Origin: Chiloscyllium plagiosum
Lineage: Eukaryota
NCBI RefSeq assembly: GCF_004010195.1
Contig: NC_057759.1
Location: 4,928,657-4,992,656 of the forward strand
Direction: 5' to 3'
Length of the DNA stretch: 64,000 bases
Numbering within the stretch: position 1 is the stretch's first letter; every line of letters starts with the position of its first letter. The notes below the pieces were generated by a model. The model was not told the DNA's origin. It saw only the letters and a program-made list of their open reading frames with translations, and did not search any database. The translations under genes were made by a program, and so were the position numbers. Positions 1 to 11,957 of this stretch are shown one piece after another.

Positions 1-44
1 GAGGCTGGATAAGCTCAGATGTTTTCTTTGGAGCAGAGGAACCT

Positions 45-325
45 TACTTCGGGCCAATACGTCCACACTGACCCTGTGAAGAGTAACCCACCTAGACACC
101 TATTACTCGACATTTACTCCAGACTAATGCGCTTAACCTACACATCCCTTAACACCATGGGCAAATTAGCATGGCCAATTCACTTAACCAGCACATCTTT
201 GGATTGTGGGAGGAAACCGTGGCACCCTCGCAGTACTGGGAGAATGTGCAAACTCCAATCAGACAATCACCCGGGTCCCTGGCACTTTGTGGCAGGAGTG
301 ATTACTACTGAGTGACCGTGCCACC
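45..325 (-). mobile_element. Degraded HE1-type SINE
   Basis: V-domain ggcaaattagcatggccaattcac...gaatgtgcaaactcc. Confidence 0.8.
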
Positions 326-1028
326 TGATAAAGAAGGGTAAGATTATAAAGCATACGTAGAGGGGGCAGAGGAAGCAGCTGTACCCTGTAGTTAAAAGGC
401 TCAATAACACGAGGGTGCATCATGCTAAAGTGAAAGGCAGGAGGTTTGGAGGGTGAGTTGAAGATTGCTTGACGCAGCTGGTGTGAACGGCCCAGCTTCG
501 ACAGCCCTTTGTGGTAATGAATTCCGTAGATTCACTGTGTACAGCGAGAATAAATTCCTCCTCATCTTTGTCTTTAATGGGCGACTCCCTCAATTTATGA
601 TGCTGCCCCTCTAGTCCCAGACTCTCCCAGACAAGGGGAAGTAACCTCTCTCTGCATCTCCCCTGTTAGGACCCCCTGAGAATTTTCAATAAGGTCGCCT
701 CTCATTTTTCTAAACTCTCATGAGTACAGACCTAACTTACTCAACCTCTCCTCATGCGAAATTGCCAACTCCTAGTTCAGATTCCTCACCTGACCTAAGT
801 GACTCATGTTGAAAGATGCATATTTGGCTGAAAGTGGTCTGAAAGATCAGGAACACCAAATCAATGCACACTCCACTTCCATGTCGAGTTTTCTAGGTAA
901 ATCATAGTCAAACTTGATTACAAAGCAATGTGATAGACCCTTAGCTGTCTTCTGGGACGGGCAATAAATACTAGCCTAGCCAGTGATGCCATCATCCTGT
1001 GAAGGAATGATGAAAAAAAACCACTTAC

Positions 1029-1274
1029 GAATAATGACAGTTACAGCAGGTGCTCTCATGAACCAAGGATAATGTCTTTTGCAGGAATAAGATCCACCAG
1101 TTTTACTGTTCACGAGTATTTCATAAATATTGGTCTGTGTCTTCTTGAATTGCGCTTCATTTTTGTACCAATAAAAAGTTCCTGCTTTATCTTTCCCACA
1201 TTCCAATTTTAAATTCTCTCCTTCTTTTACAAAACCACTTGTGGGGTATACGTGAAGCATAGGCTTTACAAAAG
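1029..1274 (-). CDS. Ig-like (C2-type) domain exon of FcR/FCRL-like receptor gene A; the gene continues beyond the left edge of the window
   Basis: On the minus strand: acceptor ctctctttctttAG, donor GTAAGT, 246 nt, phase 1-1, open. Translation (A)FVKPMLHVYPTSGFVKEGENLKLECGKDKAGTFYWYKNE...GGSYSCKRHYPWFMRAPAVTVII has the C, W and YxC Ig motifs with 38 residues between the two Cys. Confidence 0.9.
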
Positions 1275-1365
1275 CTAAAGAAAGAGAGAGAAAAGCAGGA
1301 AGGTTGAGAATCCAATCATTGCATTTATTGATCTCTCACCGCAGTAAACGCGGTGAAGTCTTGTT

Positions 1366-1719
1366 TTAGATTAGATTAGATTACTTACAGTGTGGAAACA
1401 GGCCCTTCGGCCTAACAAGTCCATACCGACCCACTGAAGCGCAACCCACCCAGACCCATTCCCCTGCATTTACCCCTTCACCTAACACTACGGGCAATTT
1501 AGCATGGCCAATTCAACTAACCTGCACATTGTTTTTTGGACCGTGGAAGGAAACCGGAGCACACGGTGGAAACCCACGCAGACATGCGGAGAATGTGCAA
1601 ACTCCACACAGTCAGTCGCCTGAGGCGGAAATTGAACCCAGGTCTCTGGCGCTGTGAGGCAGCAGTGCTAACCACTGTGCCACCGTGCCGCCCAAACCAT
1701 TGTGCCACCGTGCCGCCCA
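1366..1719 (-). mobile_element. HE1-type SINE with a duplicated 5' head
   Basis: Reverse complement of 18616-18928; extra gggcggcacggtggcaca at ~1701-1718. Confidence 0.9.
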
Positions 1720-2639
1720 CGGTGTTTCTGTGATGCCAACTATTTATCTTGCTATGTTTCACTTTCAAAGGACCATTCACTGACAGGCATCAGTAAATCT
1801 AATGTTCAGAAGAGTTAAGTGGACGGATTAACATAATGGAATCGAAGAATGCCTACAGGATAGAAACAGGCCATTTGGCACAACGAGTCCACATCAGGTT
1901 CTGAAGAGTATCCCACCCAGGCCCATTCATCTACCCTGTTACTCTAGAATATGCCAGCTCCACACACAGTCGCCTAACGCTGGAATCGAACGCAAATCCC
2001 TGGAGCTGCTGGAATCGAATGCGAATCCCTGGAGCTGTGAGGCAGCAGCCTAACCAGTGAGCCACCATGCTACCCCTTTATGTTTAGCCTTAATAGATGC
2101 AGGTTGATTACAATGTGAACACCTCTCAGCAATGCCAACACTTCAATCAAATCTCAACTCAACCTGCGAACATCAAAGAAGAAAACTCCCAATGATATTT
2201 TTTCTGTGTTTGGCAGCAGACCTCCCCCAACCATGGCAAAATGTTCCTCAATTTGCCAGGCAATGGTTATCTTCTCTTAGAGACAAACTAATTCTTGCCC
2301 TTTGACATTTAATAATGTTCCCATCACTGAAACCCCGCCATGTCAACATCCTGGTTATTCGTATGGACTATAAATTCAAGGGGACTTGCCATGTGGTTGC
2401 AAGAGCAGGGATGAGAATCCTGCAGAAAGTAACTCAACCCCTGATTCCCCACAAAGCCTGATCACCATGGAAAAGGCACAACTGAGGAGCGTGCTGGAGT
2501 ACTCTGCAGTTGCCAATAGATACAGATCCATCAATACTTGAGAAGCTCCATGCAATCTAGGGGCAAAGCAGCCCCTACTTGTTTGGCACACGTCCAAATA
2601 TCCACTCCCTCTATCACTGATGCTCAGTATACAATCATA

Positions 2640-3850
2640 CAGAATGGAAACAGATCCTTTTTTCCAAAATGCCCATGACATGCATAACCTCAAACTAACC
2701 TAGTAACTCCTACCTGCTCCTGACCCGTATCCCTCGAAACATTTCCTATTCACATATCCATCCAAATGTCTTTTAAAAATAATTGTACCCGCAACTACCA
2801 CTTCCTCAGGAAGATCTTTCCACACTCGAAGAATTCTCAGTGTAAAGCAATTGCCTCTTACTCACTTTTTAAATCTCTCTCCTGAACAATGCGGCCCCAA
2901 GTCTTTATTTGTGATCTCCATCTGGCATTTTCATTCCATTGACCCACCTGAACAAGATGCCTTTTGTAATCTTTTGAAACCTTCTTCACTGTCTTCTATG
3001 CCAACGATTAGCGTTATCCAAAAACATAATAACCATTTCTTCTGTATTCTCAACCAAATCATTTATATAAATGATAAACAAGAGGACCCAGCAGTATTTG
3101 CTGTGGAACACCACTGGTGACAGGCCTTCAGTCTGAAAAACAAATGTCTACCATGATACTCTGATCGCTGCCATAAAGCTGATTCTGCATCTAATTGGAA
3201 AGCTCACGCTGAATCCCATGTGATCTAACTTTATTAAGTAGTCTATCATGACGAAACTTGTCAAAGGCATTACTGAAATCCAAGAAAACAACGTCTCCTG
3301 CAATGACATCATCAACCTTTTTGATACCTTCCTCAAAAAAACTCAATCTCGATTGTGGCGACTTTTCTCAAACAAAAACCATACTGAGTACCTCTAATCA
3401 TTTTTCCTCTCTCTCTAAATGATCACAAATTATATATTTTATAATCATCTCCAACATCTTACCCACAACCGAAGTCAGACTCAGAAGTCTATAGATCCTG
3501 GGTTCTTCTTGCAAACTTTCTAAAATAAACGTATAACCTTCGCCACATTCCATTCATCAGGCACCTGACCCATCGTTAGGCTAATATTTCTGGGAGAGGT
3601 CTCGTAATTATCTTCCTTACTTCCCACAATATTCATTCAATCAAGTTCGGGAGATTTTTCCAGCTTTATATTCTCTAAGACTTCCCGAACTTCCTTTTCT
3701 GTGATGTGAACTGTTTTTGAATCATCAGTGTATTTCTCTGCATTCTTTAGATTTTAATTAATTCTCCACAGCAAAACCGACTCAAAATATTCACTCGGCA
3801 TTTCTCCCATCTCCTGGTGATCAACACAAAGACAAACTCCTTTGTGTTTA
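2640..3850 (-). mobile_element. CR1-clade LINE fragments
   Basis: Reverse-complement similarity to the RT region and tail of 29404-32710. Confidence 0.7.
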
Positions 3851-5603
3851 CGAGTAGCAGCAGTATTTGCAATCTATAACAAGCAATGCAGAAATTCATC
3901 ATAGATCCTCAAACACCACCTCCCAAACTCATGAGCATTTCCATTTAGTCGGACAAGGGCAGCAGGTACACGGAATGACCACCCCTTACATGTTCCCTTC
4001 CGAGCCATTCACCATCCCAACTTGGAATGATTTGGCTGTTTCGTAAGTGCCACTGTGTCAAAATCCGGGAACTCACCACAACCCCCCCCCCCCCACCACA
4101 CACCAAAACTAAGGTCATTTTATGTCTACCTGCAGCACAGACACTGCAGTGTTTCAAGAAGGCTGCTCACTACCACCTTCTCAAGGTGACAACAAGGGTC
4201 AGAGAGAATAAATTCTGGACTTTTTCAGAGATGCCTATTCTCAAGAATCAATTGAATGTTAAACGTCATTTACCTGCCCACTCTAGTCTATCCAAATTCC
4301 CCTCTCATCCTCCTTCTCTCTCCTTCTTGTCTGCTGTATTCCTAAGTGTGCTGCTCTCTTATTATGGAAATTCAGCCTAGAACTGAAGTTAATGCCCATT
4401 AACATTTATTATAACTGATATAGCTTGTTCTGATCTGTGCAAGTTTCCATTTAATGCCCAATGGAATGTCAAAAAACGAGGCAGTAACGGCCATTTTCCA
4501 CATTGTTGTTCTCAAGTATATTGCAGCAATGCCCACTGCCATTGTCTGTCAGGGCCATCACCTTGATTGTTGCTTGTGAATCTGTAATGTGGCACTTAAC
4601 CTTTAACTTTCCAAATTTTTGAAAATGAATTCTGTGTATCAATTCCATTAAAACCTTCATTTATTGTCTGATCAGTGTTATCTGTCAGTTCATCTATCAT
4701 TGACCCTGCCTTCATACTCACATTTAATGCCATACAGATACAAGTAGGCCATTCTGTCCGTCAACCCTGCTCCATCATCCAGTTAGATTCTGGCTGATCT
4801 AACATTCCTCACATCCACATTCCTGCCCCTTCCCTAGATTCCCTGAATGATCAAGGATCTATCTGTCTCAGCCTTCAACATACAGAAGGACTCTACCCCC
4901 ACCACCTTCCCCACCCCTCCCCTCACGGCTCTCTGTGACAAGGAGTTCCAAGACTCACAACCGTCTAAGAGCAGAAATTCCTCCCCCATTCAGTCTTCAA
5001 CAAGTTCCCTTTTATTCTGAGACTGCCCTCCAGTCCGACACTCTCCTATGAGGGGAAACATCATCTCAGTATTAACACTGCTAATACAGTAGAGCTGTTC
5101 AGCTTTGCACACAGGACAATCCCTCTATAACAGAGATCATCACAGTGAAATTTATCTGAACTGCCTCCAATGAATGTTCTCGTTCCCCAAAGAAAGGAAG
5201 CAAATCTGTCGCAGTGCTCCAGATGTGATTTCCCCAGCAACATTTACAGTTGCAGTAAGATTTCCCTATTCTTATACTCCAACCTATTGAAATAAGAATC
5301 TGCATTCCCTCTCCCTATCTGATTAAACTGTGCGTGAGCTTTCTGTGTTTCAAGCATACGTTCCAACAAAAACATCCCCTCCACACCAAATCCCTTTTCT
5401 GTTGCAGCTCTCTGCATTTTATCTCCATTTAATTAATACACTGATCTTCTGTTCCCCTTTCCAAAATGATCACAAGTCCGGACTAGAAAGACTGGGATAC
5501 AATCCCATTTGTTGCATGCTTGGGAAAGATCGCTGAAAAGCTATGCACAGCACGACTTCAGGTTTCCAATCGATTAATGAAGGAATTTGCAGTTTATTCC
5601 TAC

Positions 5604-5633
5604 CTAGGGTGCTCCCACGGAAAATAAGATTCC
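5604..5633 (-). CDS. 30-nt leader mini-exon (S2) of gene A
   Basis: ccccttctgttttccAG|GG AAT CTT ATT TTC CGT GGG AGC ACC CTA G|GTAGGA; phase 1-1; joins in frame to give MSQMSVLLILWNLIFRGSTLA-FVKP. Confidence 0.8.
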   Translation of the reverse strand, partial: GILFSVGAP

Positions 5634-7094
5634 CTGGAAAACAGAAGGGGATTGAAACACAAACGTCATTATTTCTGTCAGTGTCCTGGAAACGATAAAG
5701 CAAACATAATGTCAAAGCAATATACGTAGAAAAGCAGCAGAGAAACATCACATGTCTTTTCTATAACTCAATGGGAACAGTTAACTGTTCAGTTCCATTG
5801 AAATGGAGGCAGAAATGTGAATTTATATGAATTGCAAAATGACTCCATTGGTTTTTCATACTGGTCTCATAATAGCAGCAAACTTTGCTTTATACCATTC
5901 CGTCCTTTATTTGTCCTCTCATTTTTCCTCCTGTTTTCTCTCTGCTCAGTTTCCCATTTCATTCTTCTTAAACTAGTAAAGGACCCCATAATTTTAGGTT
6001 TTAAAAAATAAATTATGTTTGGGAAGATGATTGAAAAAAAAATCTATTTCAGATGATTTTGCGTTTCTTGCCTTGGAGAGATTCTGAGAAACCTACAAAA
6101 GTCAGCCAGGACCTATCAATGATCTCCACACTGAGGTTTCTAGCTCAGAAACAAGAGGCGGCAGCGACAACAGGGCTGTTCTCGGTGCATCTCTAAATAA
6201 TTTTGAGATACTTCCACAAATTCAGTTGTGTTTAAACTAATTTCATAAGAGATGTACGACCATCTTTTATCCAGGTTCAGAACTAGAGAGGTCTACAGCA
6301 CAGGAAATTAACTTTCTGCCCAATGACTCTGTGCCGTTAAAAAAAGAAAATCACCTGAGTATTCTCTAATCCCATTTTTCCAGTATTTGTCACGTAGTCT
6401 TGGCATCCTTGTCTTTGTCTGAGACCACATCTGCATTTCCTGCTCCTTACCTTCAGTCTGTGCACCCCGTCCGACTTACCGCCATTATTGATCCCACCAT
6501 CAAGGGGGAAATGATTTTTCCAGTCTACCCTCTCTATCCGCCTCATAATTTTATATATCTCAATCATGTCCCCCCCCCCGCCACTTTTCAAACTCCTCTG
6601 CACTCAGAAAAACAATCTCTCTCCATCTCTGAAACTCTTCAGCTCTGAAGGCTAAATCTCTTATTATTGATGAATAGTAATGGCATTTCCATTCACTACT
6701 CAGTGAGATATCTCGACCCTACATTGTGGCAGATTGTCCTTCCCTTTGCGGAATTCTGAAATTCTCCTGATATTTTTTGACCAATGTGCACACGTGTGTG
6801 TAACTTGCATTCTTTTCAAAGAAGACCGAATAGTTTTACACAAAGGAACTGACATGCTCATTCTTTTCTCTCTACCTCTCTCTGCCGAGAAATGCTATCA
6901 TCTAAGCACCTAATTCCTTTCATTCCTGATTTCCGCCAAGCTTGGTTGATATGTTGGCCACAATGATCAATTTCGGCTTTCCGGGAACAGAAATGGAAGT
7001 GTGTGGTTATCTGCTGCAGAATGTAACCTCGCGTGACGGGGGAACAGAGCAAGTTTTTTTTTCGGAACAAGGTTCCTCTTTAACACACACTTAC

Positions 7095-7125
7095 AGAGGA
7101 TCAGAAGCACAGACATCTGCGACAT
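7095..7125 (-). CDS. First coding segment (S1, signal peptide) of gene A, within exon 7095-7212
   Basis: ATG TCG CAG ATG TCT GTG CTT CTG ATC CTC T|GTAAGT (31 nt, phase 1). Exon acceptor cttctcttacAG at 7213-7214. An in-frame TGA upstream supports this ATG as the start. Confidence 0.8.
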
Positions 7126-8045
7126 TTCCGATGCGGTTTTGTAGCACAGCAATTTCCAATTCAATGTGACCTGGTGCCTGCTACATCAATGCCTTCCCTC
7201 TGTCACATTTACCTGTAAGAGAAGACGCTAAATTCAGAAACAGCAAAAGGAAGCTGTTCGCTCCATACTGTGCTCGCATTTCCACTTAATTAGTTCCTTT
7301 CACAGGAACAGCAATAGACCAATCAGCCTCCCGAGCCTGTTTTGCCATTCAATGGTTGATCTGTTGCCTAGCTCTATATAACTGCCTTTGACTCCTACCT
7401 CCTTAATATCGTTGCTAAACAAACATTGATCCATCTCGGATTGAAAACTAACAACTGATACAGTAACCACTGCCGTTTGTGGAAGAGAGTTCCAAATCGC
7501 TCCCTCCCTTTGTGAACATTTGTTCTGAACATTTATCCTCCATGGTCCTGTCCTAAGTCTCAAACGATGCCCTCCCCATTTTTCCCAAACAGTGGAAATA
7601 ATTTCTCCTTATCCATCCTACCTTTGCCTGTCAAAACGTTCGATCAGTTCACCCCTTAACCGTCTAAATTCTGGAAAAAAGCAGGTCTTATTTGTGTGAT
7701 CACTCCTCAGAATTTAGTCCAGGTCGCCTTCTTGCCAACCTACGTTGTACTCTGTCCTTCCTAGCACTGAGTTTGAGACAGCACTGCTCCCATTAGAACA
7801 GAAAAATAAGTTGTTTTGGAGAAACTCAGCTGGTCTGACCGCATGTGTGCAGAGATAGAGAGAGAAAAAAACAGAGTTAATGTTGCAGGTTATAAACACA
7901 GAAAGTAATGGAGAAACTCAGCAGGTCCGACAGCATCTGTGTAGACTAAGAACAGGGATGGGCTAAACGCAGGCAAATGAACATAGTTCAGTTTGGGACA
8001 CCTGGTTGGGATGGATTAGCTGGGGTGAAGGACCTGTTTCCTTAC

Positions 8046-8128
8046 CTGGGTCACTGGCGATTTCGTAGCAGGTTGAGGCACAACACTAAGGGATCCTGAG
8101 CCCGTTACTTTGCGCAGAGTCTTTGCTG
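8046..8128 (-). other. Candidate non-coding 5' UTR exon of gene A
   Basis: Strong donor CAG|GTAAGG at 8046/8045. Pyrimidine tract tttctctctgctcctgtAAGCAG gives tandem acceptors (exon start 8128 or 8125). No ATG inside. Confidence 0.4.
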
Positions 8129-8719
8129 CTTACAGGAGCAGAGAGAAACCGCAGCCATCCATCATCTGACAACCATCTCCGAGACACAGAGAGAGAGAAA
8201 GAGAAAGAGAGAGAGAGAGAGAGAAGAGCCTTTCCCCGATTCATAGTTCTGATAAGCACCCCCATCCTCACTCAACGAGAGAACCCCACATCAAACCTGC
8301 AAGGCCTGTGGAATAAGTTTTATCAGAGTATAACAGCCAGCACCAGAGCTGAATGCACGACTGCAGCTATCATGACGATGATATATTGTCACGGCTCTTT
8401 GTGCCATTAAACCAGTAACATCTGTGACTATAACATAAATCACTGGGGAAAGTGAAAGCAAAGAAAGTCCTGCCGCCCACCAAGACACGGCGACTCTCCA
8501 TTGCCCACCTTGAACCGATCCATTTTATATTTCTATTCCCCTTTCCCCTTGTCCTGTGCACCGGCAGTCACTTTTTCCATTCACCCCTCCTCTCGCGAGA
8601 GTATCACAAACACCAATTTTCCGAACACTCTCACTTCTGTAGAAGGGCTGAAATGTTAACTCTGTTTCTGTCTGAGTTGCTTCAGCACTTTCAGTGATTA
8701 TAACAAGTAGCATTGAACA

Positions 8720-10500
8720 TAGAACTGTGCAACACAGAAACAGAGCCTGCTGTCCCAATGTTAACACAACACCAAATGAAACTGATCCTTCTGCTTGCTC
8801 TTGATCCATTCCACTCCATTCCTTGAATTCTAAAATGTTTGCCTAAAATTCACTTAAATGTCCTTATTGTGCCAGCCTAAACCATCACCCCTGGCAGTGC
8901 GTTCCAGACTTCTATCATTCTCTGTGTAAAAACAACTTGCCCCTCATATCTCCTTTGAAATGTGTCCCTCTCACCTTAAATGTATGCCCCATAGTATCAG
9001 AAATTTTAACTCTGGGAGCAAGATTCCAAATGTCAACCCTATCTATGCAAAGGATAATCTTACCGACTTTTATCAGGTTTCCTGTCAGCCTCTGCCGCTC
9101 AAGAGAAAACAATCCAAGCTTTTCTAGTCTCTCATTATAGTTCATTCCCTCAAATCGAGGCAACATCGTGGTAATCCTCTTCTGTATCCTTCCAAATCTT
9201 TCACATCCTTCCTGTAACGAGACAAACAGAAATGGAAACTATAATCCAACTACCATCATATGAAGGTACAATATTGCACCTTAAATCTTGTACTCAATTC
9301 CCTATTCAATTAAGGCTATACGACTTCTTTACCATCCTATCTACGTGCATGGCTACTTTCAGTGAGCTATATACTTGAACCGCATGATCCTCTGTACATC
9401 AGTGCTAAATGGTTAATTGGATAATCTTCCTTAAAAATTGATCTCGCAAAGTGTAGCATCTTACATTTGCATGAATGACACTTTATGTCTCTGCCAATAT
9501 CTGCAATTGTACTGGATCCCGCTGTACCCTATGACTGCTTTCTACACTGTCCATAAGCCCACCAATCTTTGTACAATTTGCAAACTTACTAACCCACTAA
9601 TCTACACTTTGATATAAGTCATTTATGTAATCACAAACAGCAGAGATCCCAATACAGATCCCTGTGGAACACCACTAGTCAAGGAGCTAGAGCCTGAAAA
9701 TGACCCTTCCACCATTACCCTCTGTCTTCTTTGGGTAAGCCAATTCTGAATCCATGCATCCAAGTGACTGTGGACCCAGTGCATCGTAATCTTCTGGATG
9801 ACCCAGCCAAGGGGGGGGGGGGGGGAGGGGGCGGGGGGGGGGGGGCATTGTCGAAGGTTTTACTAAGACCTATGTAAATAACACCCACAGCTCTACCCTC
9901 ATCAATCGCCATCTCCTTGTCAAATTCAATCAGATTTTGCTGCCCTGCAAAAAGCCGTACTGAGTGTCCCTGGTTAGGCCATGCTTTTCCAAATGTGCAC
10001 AAATCCTATCCCTAGGAATTCTCTCCAATAGTTTCCCAACCACAGATGTGATAGTCACTAGTCTGTGGTTTGCCACATTATCGCTATTTTCCTTCTTGAA
10101 CAAAGGAACAGTATTAGCTACTTGTTAGTTCGTTGGACCTCTCCATTGGCTAGCGAGGATACAAAGGTCTTAGGCAAGGCCGCATAAAATTTCCTCTCTT
10201 GCCTCTCTCAATAAACTGGCGGACCCCATAGGGCCTTGGAGTAGATAGATACCATAGGGCCCTGAGACATATACATTTTAACGTTCTTCAAGATTCCCAA
10301 CACCAATTCTTTCTTGATCTCAACTTGCTGTAGCGTATTAGTATGCTCCACTCAAATCTCACTTTCTCTTTCATCTTCTTTTCCTAGGTGAATATCAATG
10401 CTCTTTTAGGATCATACCCACACATGCTGCCTCCAAACACAAGTTCCCTCCTTTTTTCTTGACTGGTTCTACCTTCTCCCTCGTTATCGTCTGCTTACAC
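8720..10500 (-). mobile_element. Old CR1-clade LINE fragment
   Basis: Minus-strand translations LEKLGLFSLERQRL and DEGRAVGVIYIGLSKTFD; CR1-type tail. Confidence 0.8.
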
Positions 10501-11957
10501 TGAGACCTATTGAGTTTCAACATCACTTTCTATGTTTATGATCTGTAACATTAACTCTGTTTTTTCTCTCTCTCTCTCACTTACTTCTGTTTCTGTGAAT
10601 TCTATTGCGAATGCTCACAGTCACGATTCAGAAAATAACATTGTGACTTCACAATTTGCATGTAACAATTTTTGGACACAGAGTCTAGAAGTATTGATCT
10701 GATATTTCCAACTGTACGCTGTGCCACTGATGCATCTGGTTTTATTTTACCACACGGACTATTTTAAAATATAATCGGTCAGACAATCATTGCTGACACG
10801 GGATCTGGAATTTGATTATCTGTATTGCAGTATTCATTAACGAATAAACTATGGAGGATGCTGGAAATCTGAAACAAAAAGTGTTGGAACAACTCAGCAT
10901 GTCTGGTTGCATCCGTGGAGAGAGAGAAGAGGAGAGTTAATGTTACAGGTTATAAACACAGAAAGGGCTAGAGAAACTCAAAGGTTTGGCAGCATTTGTG
11001 AATAGACGCAGTACAGAGCTAACATGACTGATTGTAGATGCGGGAAATACCGTAAAACCTCAACAGCTCTGTCTGCATGGGTAATGCGACAGAACAGAGT
11101 TAAACTTACTGGTTATAAACACAGATATCGCAGCTGTTGAGTGTGACTCACCTTCTACATCCATTAGAAGGATCGTGAAGAGTTCTGTATAGTACTGCAG
11201 ATGTGGAAACACCAATCCCCTGGGTAACTGAAGCATACCCTCCCACCTCTCACATTCAATTCCCGTCACAATGAACCATAACATGCTACAAGCTTTCCTG
11301 ATTGCTTGCTGTAGCTTCACACGAACCTTCCATCCTTCCAGAACCAACTGCTTGGAATATGCTAATTTCCCGACTGGCAGTCTCTCATATAGTTAAGTGC
11401 ATTGTTGTTTGATATTGAAAGAGGAAAAGGAACTACAGTGACAGAGTGTACAGCTGTGTCGCTGTTTTGTTGCTGTTTCCACTCAATGTTCCAGTCAGTA
11501 CCCTCTCTCTGGGGGCCACTGAAAACAGCACGAGTGCTGGAACCATTTTGAGCAGAGGCCGCTGTGGGGCAAGCAGCTTGCTTTCTGTAAATGTCATGTC
11601 CAGTGTAAGTCAGAAAATGAGAGGAGGATGGACAAAGTTAAATTTTGTGTCTGAACGAAAGAATGAGCAGACTGATGGCTACTCGTACAGGATACATAAC
11701 AGACTGGAGGCCTCTCTGCTTCTCACATCTGGTGTATGAGTTGAAGGCAAAGGAAGAACTCATGTCTGTTGCAGTTCCTTGTTCAGTAGATTCGGTTGAA
11801 AGGCCCTCAATGGATATTGGCAAATAAGTGAAACAACATTAACAACACCTCCTCTGAGAATACAAAGGGAGCTTATTATTTCAATGGAGGGAAAATTCAG
11901 AGTAATTTAATGCAGAGGGACTTGGGTTTCCTTGTGAATGAATCTCAGAAAGATAGT

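Noticed and set aside
9811..9845. Poly-G tract, potential G-quadruplex / poly-Pro ORF
   Set aside because: Homopolymer expansion inside a dead LINE; no evidence of function.
11437..11604. SDRVYSCVAV (Ig F-strand-like) and a leader-like stretch followed by a GTAAGT donor
   Set aside because: Stops immediately upstream, no ATG or acceptor in frame, and no other Ig motifs.
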